From a virus (Duplodnaviria; Caudoviricetes), in the IMG/VR virus record IMGVR_UViG_3300017492_000028, positions 8,983 through 72,982 of that record: 64,000 bases of DNA. One strand, written 5' to 3'. Positions 51,481 through 59,398 of the stretch are shown here, one piece after another (position 1 is the first letter of the stretch; the number at the start of each line of letters is the position of its first letter). Made by a program: the position numbers and the translations under genes. The notes beneath the pieces are model-generated. The model was not told the DNA's origin, did no database searches, and saw only the letters and a program-made list of their open reading frames with translations.

Positions 51481-51848
51481 AAGTATAAATGGTAGTGAAA
51501 GGAAAATAAGGAAAATGAATGAGGAAGAACGAAAGAAAAAGAAAGGAATAAATAAAATGAGATATAAATAAAATGCAAAAGAAAAGAATAAAGAAGAATG
51601 AGTAAAAAATAAAGAAGTTGAAATGAGAAAAGAAATGGAAAGAAGAGTAAGGAAGAAAGAGTAAGGAAGAAAGAAAATAAAATATTAAAGAAATATAACG
51701 AGAAGAAGAATAATAGAAAATTTTGATGTATAGGTAAGAGAGGGAAGATAAAAGAGAAAAGGAAGAGTGAGGTAAAAGAGAAAGAAAGTTAAGAAGAGGA
51801 GAAAATTTGAAATTTTTAATGTATAAATAAGAGAGGGAGGTATTGTAG
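51481..51848 (+). repeat. Purine-rich, nearly C-free low-complexity tract
   Basis: I count only 3 C residues in about 365 nt; internal direct repeats such as GAGTAAGGAAGAAA x2. Confidence 0.9.
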
Positions 51849-51917
51849 CTGAACCCCCGCCAGTTCATAAGTAAGTCAAACCACCCCCGCCATGTCAAGC
51901 AAAAGAGACTCCTTTTC

Positions 51918-52222
51918 CTCTTGAAAACAAAGCGAATTTCTCATCAAAACAAAACGAATTTTGGATTAAAAATTACAATTATGAAGAATATTAAAAACAA
52001 AGTGGTTAGCCACATCATTGAGAATGGTTTTGGCTATATTCTGGTAGCAGGAATTGTTGCACTTGCAGTGCTACAGATTATCAGGGGTGAGTGCATCTAT
52101 TGAGCATGGTAATGGCAAATGGTAGCATTGTGACACAACGTGTCATGGTGCTGCCGTTTGTTACACACTTCCCACTCATCAAAACAAAACGAATTTTGCT
52201 CATTAAAACAAAACGAATTTTG
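51918..52222 (+). repeat. Four copies of a 22-24-bp repeat in two tandem pairs
   Basis: CTCATCAAAACAAAACGAATTTTG at 51940 and 52175, a 1-mismatch copy at 52199, a degenerate copy at 51918. Confidence 0.9.
51981..52103 (+). CDS. 40-aa single-pass membrane peptide
   Basis: MKNIKNKVVSHIIENGFGYILVAGIVALAVLQIIRGECIY with an A/T-rich leader; lies between the two repeat pairs. Confidence 0.5.
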   Translation: MKNIKNKVVSHIIENGFGYILVAGIVALAVLQIIRGECIY

Positions 52223-52378
52223 GTGTGATAGTGGTACTGTAGCACGTAACGCATTATGCTATACTTGATAGAGTTGACAGCCATATCAAGATAGGTAATG
52301 ACGTATGATGTTTACTTTACTCACTTGTTGCCCATTTACTTATTCATTTATTTATTAATCATTTAATTCATTACAAAC

Positions 52379-52867
52379 ATGAAACATTCAGAAATTATCG
52401 AGAGTATGATTAAGAAAGGTGCAACCAAGCTGGCTGATACTTTTCAAGTGTTGAACGTCAATGTTAAGGAGGAGGACAACTACACACGTCTGACCCTTAC
52501 ACTTGACAAGGAGTTTGATGCAATGGTGAGGCAGGAGGACGGCACTCGCAAGCTGCAAAAGACGAATGTACTGTTCACAAGCACGTACAGCGTTGCAGGC
52601 TTGATGAAAACGAATCCAAAGCTTTCACTTGCGGCAGGTCATTGTCTTGAGCACGTTAACGCATTTAAGGCAGTTCTTGCAGGTGTTAAACTTCAGCTTC
52701 TTCAAGAAAAGGTCAAGGAGGGTACTGATTACGTTAGTCCTTTCGCTTCAGACCAGAGCAACAAGAAACATTACGACCACGATACCATTATTACTCACAT
52801 TATTGGTATTGACAACGTTAATGAGGTCATTCTTGCGCAAATCACTAACTATATCCTGTTTGGATAG
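52379..52867 (+). CDS. Early hypothetical protein
   Basis: 162 aa; A/T-rich leader; followed by a strong hairpin. Confidence 0.75.
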   Translation: MKHSEIIESMIKKGATKLADTFQVLNVNVKEEDNYTRLTLTLDKEFDAMVRQEDGTRKLQKTNVLFTSTYSVAGLMKTNPKLSLAAGHCLEHVNAFKAVLAGVKLQLLQEKVKEGTDYVSPFASDQSNKKHYDHDTIITHIIGIDNVNEVILAQITNYILFG

Positions 52868-52880
52868 TAGATAGTATAAA

Positions 52881-52922
52881 CCGCTTGTTCGTGGCAGTGT
52901 GCTGCGGACAAGCGGCGATTTT
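52881..52922 (+). terminator. Terminator hairpin
   Basis: CCGCTTGTTCGTGGCA-GTG-TGCTGCGGACAAGCGG (16 bp with G.U pairs) followed by CGATTTT. Confidence 0.6.
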
Positions 52923-54041
52923 GTGATTCTGCAAAATATTACAACCTGTTACACATAAGTGTTCCATTGAAACATTGTGCTGAATCATTTTACACGTGAT
53001 TTTGACAGTTAGCGAAACCTGAACGGGGAGCATTTGCTCATAATAGTATAAATAATGATGATAGTATTAATCTAGAATAAATAAGTGTTTTATAATTTCA
53101 CTTTCTTCTTTATTACTATTATTATTACTATTATTATTGTCAAAATAAAATGCTCAAATATGACTTAAATCATCATATCGAGCATTAGGAGGTGCACCTC
53201 GACCTGGGGTGGGAAGATGAGATTGAAGATTATTATTATTAGAATTTCCTATCGTTTCTACATGCAAAATATGTAACTTTGCTACGCTGCGTGTAAGCTC
53301 GCTTACTTACGCTAGCGTAACGCAAAGTTACACTTTTTGAATGAGAAAACAATGGAATTAACAATCTTTCGTGCTATTTGTTAATGACAATTAACAATTA
53401 TGCACCTTGACTGTCAAAACTATTATGAGGAAGAGTTCTATTAAGTGATAAGTCTATATCAAAATCTATATTGTCAGTAACATTTGTTCACAATTTAAAT
53501 GGACATCTAGAGCTGGAAAGTGATTAGATGAGGCTTTAAGTGTAGGTTTAGGAGTATCAAAATCATTAGTTCCCCCTTATCAGTCGCTATATCATCTTCT
53601 CTCCTCATTCTTCCTCACTTCCATTTCTTTTCAGCTTATCCCTCCTCACTCTTCATTCTCTTTCCTCATTCTTCCTTACAACTATCATCTAACTCAACAC
53701 TTCGTCTTCATCATATTATAAATCATACTATATAAGTCATTATAATTTATGACTTTCTATTCCTCATACGTCTCTATAAACACGTTAGGAAAATCATTAT
53801 GATTTTTATTATGATTATGACTACCTGCACTATTCCTGTAAGTCTTTTGGCTGATTTATTTCAGCTAATATAACTTTACTCTCTCTTAATAGAATAAATA
53901 TAATCAATAATACATTTTGTTTCAATATGTTTTTCAATATAACATTGTGTTACATCATGTTTTGTTTTTGTATTTAATTCTATTCTATCTTTTCAATTTA
54001 CAACAATATTCTTAACACTTTAAACATTAGGAGGACTAATT

Positions 54042-54275
54042 ATGTTAGTAGCAATACTAGAAGATAAAAATACATCAAGTTATCATATACTTGGCTCTTT
54101 ATATCGTAACGATATTGATAAACTTATTGACAAAATCAATGACCTTTATAAATTGAGTTTGCATGAGGACTTAACTTATAATGGTGATGACGATTACTAT
54201 GTTTATCACAATCTTAAAGGTGAAAAACAAATAGATTTGGTTATAACAAATGTTCGCCAATGGCATTTTAATTAA
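54042..54275 (+). CDS. Small early hypothetical protein
   Basis: 77-aa ORF preceded by AGGAGGACTAATT. Confidence 0.65.
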   Translation: MLVAILEDKNTSSYHILGSLYRNDIDKLIDKINDLYKLSLHEDLTYNGDDDYYVYHNLKGEKQIDLVITNVRQWHFN

Positions 54276-54303
54276 AAATTAAATAAAGAAAAGGAGAAAT
54301 AAA

Positions 54304-54585
54304 ATGAATAAGAAAGTTTGTGGGGAACCCCCCGTAGAGAAGAAATATGATGATATTCAGCCCATGATATACAACAATCATATACATCATTATGTTCAAT
54401 CTTATATCGCGTCTATATTACAACATCGTGATTTAGGTAAGAACTTTGCAGACCCTCAAGATGTCAAAATATATCATCTTGATAATCATCCTGCATGGGT
54501 TAAGGCTATTACTAATTATGGCACGTTCACTATTAATAAGCGTGCTATGCTGAATGTTGAATTAACAGCATTAAAATGCTTATGA
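54304..54585 (+). CDS. Small early hypothetical protein
   Basis: 93-aa ORF. Confidence 0.65.
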   Translation: MNKKVCGEPPVEKKYDDIQPMIYNNHIHHYVQSYIASILQHRDLGKNFADPQDVKIYHLDNHPAWVKAITNYGTFTINKRAMLNVELTALKCL

Positions 54586-54752
54586 TTATGAAGTCATCAA
54601 TAAAACGTAACGTCATTGCAATTTTGATACTGCTGTTATATGCAGCTGTCATTATTGCTACACTGTGCATGACTGATTCAACAGCAGTTGTTGCATTAGT
54701 GTTCTCAATATGTGTATTATCATACGCATTAATCTTAACAGATAAATATTAA
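54582..54752 (+). CDS. 56-aa two-TM membrane peptide (not in the ORF track)
   Basis: MIMKSSIKRNVIAILILLLYAAVIIATLCMTDSTAVVALVFSICVLSYALILTDKY; ATGA overlap with the upstream stop. Confidence 0.65.
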   Translation: MIMKSSIKRNVIAILILLLYAAVIIATLCMTDSTAVVALVFSICVLSYALILTDKY

Positions 54753-54785
54753 CATCACTAACAACTTAAAATATAATTTATAGCA

Positions 54786-55073
54786 ATGAAAACAACAGAT
54801 TTAATTCAAACTCTAGACGATATAATACGTCTATCAGTACAAACAAAGTCTAAGGTAAATGATTTATCAGACTATGAAAGAGTATGTGTAGTATCTATTA
54901 AAGAAACATTAGAATCTTTATGCTCTACAACAATAGATAAATCCCATTTGCCGCAAACTTATGAAGAGATGTATAAGTCTATTAGTTCTCGTTTGATTAA
55001 ACTTGAAGAAAGAGTTTCAGCGTTAGAACTTACTAAAACATTTACATTTCCTCAACCGTTTTTAATTAGCTGA
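54786..55073 (+). CDS. Small early hypothetical protein
   Basis: 95-aa helical ORF. Confidence 0.65.
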   Translation: MKTTDLIQTLDDIIRLSVQTKSKVNDLSDYERVCVVSIKETLESLCSTTIDKSHLPQTYEEMYKSISSRLIKLEERVSALELTKTFTFPQPFLIS

Positions 55074-55100
55074 ATCATTAACAATTTGAAATCACACAAC

Positions 55101-55253
55101 ATGAAAAAGTTTTATTTCTTTAATTCTTCAAGAAAGAATGAAAATTGTCCTTTGTCAATATGGGCATTAACACCACATGCAGCATTTTGCATGGCATTAC
55201 GATATATGCTGGAGCATGGGTATAAAGGTAGTCCTGTAAGGATTGCTTTATAA
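55101..55253 (+). CDS. 50-aa hypothetical peptide (not in the ORF track)
   Basis: MKKFYFFNSSRKNENCPLSIWALTPHAAFCMALRYMLEHGYKGSPVRIAL. Confidence 0.55.
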   Translation: MKKFYFFNSSRKNENCPLSIWALTPHAAFCMALRYMLEHGYKGSPVRIAL

Positions 55254-55298
55254 GGTGTTAAATATGGTTGATTTAGTCAACGTTTGCGAATAATTAAT

Positions 55299-55308
55299 TA
55301 TATTTGCA
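55299..55308 (+). promoter_or_regulatory. -7 promoter box
   Basis: TATATTTGCA in an intergenic gap. Confidence 0.55.
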
Positions 55309-55438
55309 TCATTAATATAATAGTGAGGAATAATCAGTGTTCTCTCGTCTAAATGGAACATATATTTTGGTTATCAATGTAAGCAGGTAATTCAATACAT
55401 CAGCAGCTTTAGGACACTCACTATTTTAATGTTATGAT

Positions 55439-55570
55439 ATGAATATTTTTGATTATCTTGCAGTTGACATGGATAGTTATTGTCTGAACCATGATTTTGA
55501 TGAATATGACCTGTACGGAGAACGTATGGAGCAAGAATCAGATTGTGATACAGATATTGTTATGGAATAA
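55439..55570 (+). CDS. 43-aa highly acidic peptide (not in the ORF track)
   Basis: MNIFDYLAVDMDSYCLNHDFDEYDLYGERMEQESDCDTDIVME. Confidence 0.55.
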   Translation: MNIFDYLAVDMDSYCLNHDFDEYDLYGERMEQESDCDTDIVME

Positions 55571-55591
55571 CCATTTAATAAATAAATAAAA

Positions 55592-55993
55592 ATGAATAAA
55601 GAAGAAACAACAGCTACTAAGGGCAGAAGAACTAAACTTAGTAAAAAATCAGTGGAAGAACTTGTTAATATCATTTTAAGGAAAGATGATGTTGAACGAG
55701 GACTTCGTGAAAAACTTAATAATAGTCAAGACAAATATAATGAGACTATTAATACTCTCTCGACAGATATAGATGATGTATCAAAACAATATAAGACTCT
55801 TAAAGAGACGTATGAGAAACTTCGCGATAATTATACTACCATAGCCGCTATGAATAAATCACTTGTTGATAAGGCTAAAGAAGTTCATAGTCGTCTCGTA
55901 GATGCAAATAACAGAGTATTTAAACTTACAATTTCTAATGCTATCGCGTATCTGTTTCTAATTATAAGCATTATAGTTATTATTATCTTTTAA
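55592..55993 (+). CDS. Coiled-coil protein with C-terminal TM anchor
   Basis: 133 aa; heptad region followed by AIAYLFLIISIIVIIIF. Confidence 0.7.
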   Translation: MNKEETTATKGRRTKLSKKSVEELVNIILRKDDVERGLREKLNNSQDKYNETINTLSTDIDDVSKQYKTLKETYEKLRDNYTTIAAMNKSLVDKAKEVHSRLVDANNRVFKLTISNAIAYLFLIISIIVIIIF

Positions 55994-56135
55994 AAACTTC
56001 TTGTAATATAAAATCTTAGTATAAATTATTCAGTTAAGTCGATTTTTATAGATTTCGCGATTTGCTTAGAACTTGGTGCTATTGTCTGTGAAGATGATAG
56101 CATTTTTATTATAAACATTTAAAACAATTAAAACA

Positions 56136-56396
56136 ATGAAACAAACAATTATATTATTAATAGCTATTATAGCTTCTTCAATAACACTTGGTGTTAGTTG
56201 CACAGCAGTAAATAACAATAATGCTGCTGATAAGAATATATCTATTATAGATAGTCTTAAACGTGAAATTATTATTCGTGATAGCACGATTAATATGGCT
56301 ATTGAACTTATGGATAAGAACCAACTATGGGATAAAGACGGTTCTGATGAAATGGGTGATTTTCTTATTAATCTTTCAAGATTATATAATAGATGA
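56136..56396 (+). CDS. Putative small lipoprotein
   Basis: MKQTIILLIAIIASSITLGVS-C signal peptide II-like. Confidence 0.6.
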   Translation: MKQTIILLIAIIASSITLGVSCTAVNNNNAADKNISIIDSLKREIIIRDSTINMAIELMDKNQLWDKDGSDEMGDFLINLSRLYNR

Positions 56397-56521
56397 CTAG
56401 CTCTGTAAGTGCTGATATTCTTAATGTTCTTGATAATAGTTATATCAATGAAACAGAGGATATTATAGAGGAAATCACAGCGGATTTTGACTGCGACAGT
56501 GTTCCATGTGGTCTATTTTGA
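56393..56521 (+). CDS. 42-aa acidic peptide (not in the ORF track)
   Basis: MTSSVSADILNVLDNSYINETEDIIEEITADFDCDSVPCGLF; ATGA overlap with the upstream stop. Confidence 0.55.
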   Translation: MTSSVSADILNVLDNSYINETEDIIEEITADFDCDSVPCGLF

Positions 56522-56623
56522 TGTTTTGTGTTAGTGTGAGGGACTTTTGTCTTTTGGCTGATAAATTCTTCAGTCATTAGACAAAAGTCTTTTATAATTA
56601 AAATTAAAAAATTATATAACAAT

Positions 56624-56914
56624 ATGATAGTAAATATATATTATGCTAATCCAAATGTTCCTTTTAGTGAAGATGCTTGGAAATGCTTTACTATACATAG
56701 AGAAATAAATGTTAATGTAGGTGATAATATTAACGTTACAATAAACGGTTGTGAATATCATTTATTAGTTAATGGAAAGACTGTTAAACTTGATACAACT
56801 GGCTGTATTATTGAATATGATTATACTTGCATAATACGTGGAATAGCTATAGATAAAGATAAATTGAATGATGAAGTAAATGATATGCTTAAATCTGCTG
56901 GATTTGGCGCATGA
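56624..56914 (+). CDS. Hypothetical protein
   Basis: 96-aa ORF. Confidence 0.65.
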   Translation: MIVNIYYANPNVPFSEDAWKCFTIHREINVNVGDNINVTINGCEYHLLVNGKTVKLDTTGCIIEYDYTCIIRGIAIDKDKLNDEVNDMLKSAGFGA

Positions 56915-57064
56915 TGTGCATATTCTTCTCTACGGGGGGTTAAACATAAGCTTCATTGGCATGTACTACTAGTACGGTGTATGATGCGAAATCACAATGA
57001 AGCACAATGTGATGATAATATCACAGATACTGATTATTAACTAATAAAATTTTGTTGTAAAGAA

Positions 57065-57340
57065 ATGAGTAATTTTGATGAAAACAAAGCATGTAGGAGT
57101 TTGAGTCAAGTATGTAAAATTGATTCGCGTAACAAATGGATTGAAGTTAATCGTGGAACTATGGTTGGTTTAAGACGATTAGCTAAAATTGATTTTCTTG
57201 TGAATAAATGCGGTTATAAACTCTCTTATGGTGGCAGAGTGGCTGTTGGTGATAAGTTTGATTTATCAGATAACACTAAGGCTAAATATGCTAAAAAGGA
57301 TTCTAAATCACATAAACTTAGTGATAAGCGTAAGAAATGA
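57065..57340 (+). CDS. Small basic hypothetical protein
   Basis: 91-aa ORF, Lys/Arg-rich. Confidence 0.65.
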   Translation: MSNFDENKACRSLSQVCKIDSRNKWIEVNRGTMVGLRRLAKIDFLVNKCGYKLSYGGRVAVGDKFDLSDNTKAKYAKKDSKSHKLSDKRKK

Positions 57341-57801
57341 ATACACTTGTTTATAATTTTAAGTTTAAGCCTATTGCTAAACGCCGTAAGAAAGCTGTAG
57401 CAGTTAAGGAACGTAAACTTGCAGCCAATGTAATTGGTATAGTATTTATTGAAGATGGTGTATATAAAGTGCATGTTAGTTGTGCTACATCTGAAGAAGA
57501 AGAATTACCACCGCAATTAATATTAGAGTTTACTCCAGATAGTTATAATCTTAAAGGTCATACTAAGGCTTTTACGAAATGCTATACACCACGAGATAAA
57601 TGGACTTGTTATTGCAGAACAAGAGAACATTCTACATTATTTCCTAATTTAGCTGAACAATTAGTTCCTTTTGCTCATAATTGGGAAGTTAAAGGCTGGA
57701 TTGTTAGACGTAATGGTCAATTAATGTTTAAGCTTAAACAGGCTCTTACTATTCATGGATATAATATGTGGGTAGCTGATGAAGGAGGAAGTGATGATTG
57801 A
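57337..57801 (+). CDS. Hypothetical protein
   Basis: 154-aa ORF coupled to its neighbours. Confidence 0.65.
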   Translation: MNTLVYNFKFKPIAKRRKKAVAVKERKLAANVIGIVFIEDGVYKVHVSCATSEEEELPPQLILEFTPDSYNLKGHTKAFTKCYTPRDKWTCYCRTREHSTLFPNLAEQLVPFAHNWEVKGWIVRRNGQLMFKLKQALTIHGYNMWVADEGGSDD

Positions 57802-59281
57802 TATTAAGTTAACTACTGCTAATGGTAGAGATACTGCAAATATATCTAATTTCACAAAAGGACAATTAGTTGCTTATAATGAACTTATTAAGTTTATTAA
57901 TGCTCCTTATGATGAAAATGATTATAAGCGTGCATTAGTTGGTCCTGCTGGTACTGGTAAGACATATCTTATTAAATCAGTTTTAAAGAATTGTTCAATG
58001 AGTTATGGTATTATTGGTCTATCAGCTCCAACACATAAAGCATGTAGAGTTCTTCGTGAAAGTATTGGAAATATAGCTTGTAAAGTTATCACATTACAGT
58101 CTGCATTAGGTTTTCGTCCTAACTACGATTTTGATAATTTTGATATAAATAATATTGAGTTTAGTGCATTAGGTAAAATAAAGATTGCTAAGTATAAATT
58201 ATTTATTATTGATGAAGCATCTATGATACCTGATAAAAGTAAAAGCAATAAAGGTGGATTACGAACTTTTCTTGAAAGGGTTTGTAAGAAAAATGAATGT
58301 AAGATAATATATATTGGAGATGACCATCAATTACCTCCTGTAAATGAAAAACATTCTACTGCTTTTCTCAATGTTAAATTATATAGACTAACAGAAATTG
58401 TAAGACAAGATGAAGATAATCCTATAAGTCCATTACTTGCTATACTTAGAGATGATATAGACCATAAATCTTTTAAGTTTTTGGAATATATTTCTAAACA
58501 TAAAGAGCAGTTTGATATTGACAATACTAAAGGGTATAAAGTTTGTAATCAAGCAGAGTTTAATCAGTTAGTTTATAATAATTTCAACGATGAAAGGATT
58601 ACAAAGGATATTGATTTTGCTCGTGTCATTAGTTATAAAAACATTAATGTAAGTTATTGGAATAATGTAGTCCGTAATGCTATCATAAAAGATGCAAATA
58701 AAGGAATACTTACTAAAAATGACTTAGTATTAAGTTATATAACTATTGTTGATAATTTTATGGATCCTATTATTCTTAATAGTGAAGAATATATCATTAG
58801 AGATATTGTCAATTATACTCATCCTACGTATGGGCTAAAAGGATATATGGTAACATTTGCCGCTATACATGGTGGCAAGCAAACTAATCCATTGTTCGTT
58901 GTTGACCATGCAGACGCATATAGTATTAATGCTTATGTGAAACTTAGTGACCAACTTGTAAGTGAAGCTAAAACTGCTCCGCAACGTATTAGGTCTCAAA
59001 AGTGGAAACAGTATTTTGCATTTAAAGAAGGATGTTTATTATTATGCAATATTGCTAAAGCAAATGGTAGTATATTATATAATAGAAATCTTGATTATGG
59101 CTTTGCTATAACTGCTCATAAAGCACAAGGTTCTACTTATGATACTGTACTAGTTGATGTTAATGATATTGTATTTGATAAACATGGTACTGTTTATACA
59201 GATGCAGAGGAGATAAATCGACGGCTCTATACGGCTATAAGTCGGTGTAAGTCAAAAGCATTTTTGAGATTTGGGGCTTAG
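57779..59281 (+). CDS. SF1B helicase (Dda/RecD-like)
   Basis: GPAGTGKT, LSAPTHKA, IIDEASM, IGDDHQLPPV, LTEIVRQ, TAHKAQGSTY, LYTAISR. Confidence 0.9.
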   Translation: MKEEVMIDIKLTTANGRDTANISNFTKGQLVAYNELIKFINAPYDENDYKRALVGPAGTGKTYLIKSVLKNCSMSYGIIGLSAPTHKACRVLRESIGNIACKVITLQSALGFRPNYDFDNFDINNIEFSALGKIKIAKYKLFIIDEASMIPDKSKSNKGGLRTFLERVCKKNECKIIYIGDDHQLPPVNEKHSTAFLNVKLYRLTEIVRQDEDNPISPLLAILRDDIDHKSFKFLEYISKHKEQFDIDNTKGYKVCNQAEFNQLVYNNFNDERITKDIDFARVISYKNINVSYWNNVVRNAIIKDANKGILTKNDLVLSYITIVDNFMDPIILNSEEYIIRDIVNYTHPTYGLKGYMVTFAAIHGGKQTNPLFVVDHADAYSINAYVKLSDQLVSEAKTAPQRIRSQKWKQYFAFKEGCLLLCNIAKANGSILYNRNLDYGFAITAHKAQGSTYDTVLVDVNDIVFDKHGTVYTDAEEINRRLYTAISRCKSKAFLRFGA

Positions 59282-59398
59282 GGTGTCGTGTGTTCGTGTC
59301 TAATGGGCTGTGCGATTAATTGTAAGCAACCCTTATTTCTCTTCAATAGCGACAAAAATAAAATGTAAAATAACAATGATAAAAATGTAAATAATAAA

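Noticed and set aside
51416-51898. 160-aa minus-strand ORF rich in Phe/Leu/Ser
   Set aside because: It is the antisense reading of the purine tract; the composition suppresses stop codons and the product is low-complexity.
51918-52222. CRISPR mini-array
   Set aside because: The repeats are directly adjacent in pairs, without spacers of about 30 bp, and are not palindromic.
50465-57064. tRNA genes in the intergenic regions
   Set aside because: No cloverleaf with a T-loop (GTTCRA) and D-loop consensus could be recognised by eye; tRNAscan-SE would be needed to exclude them.
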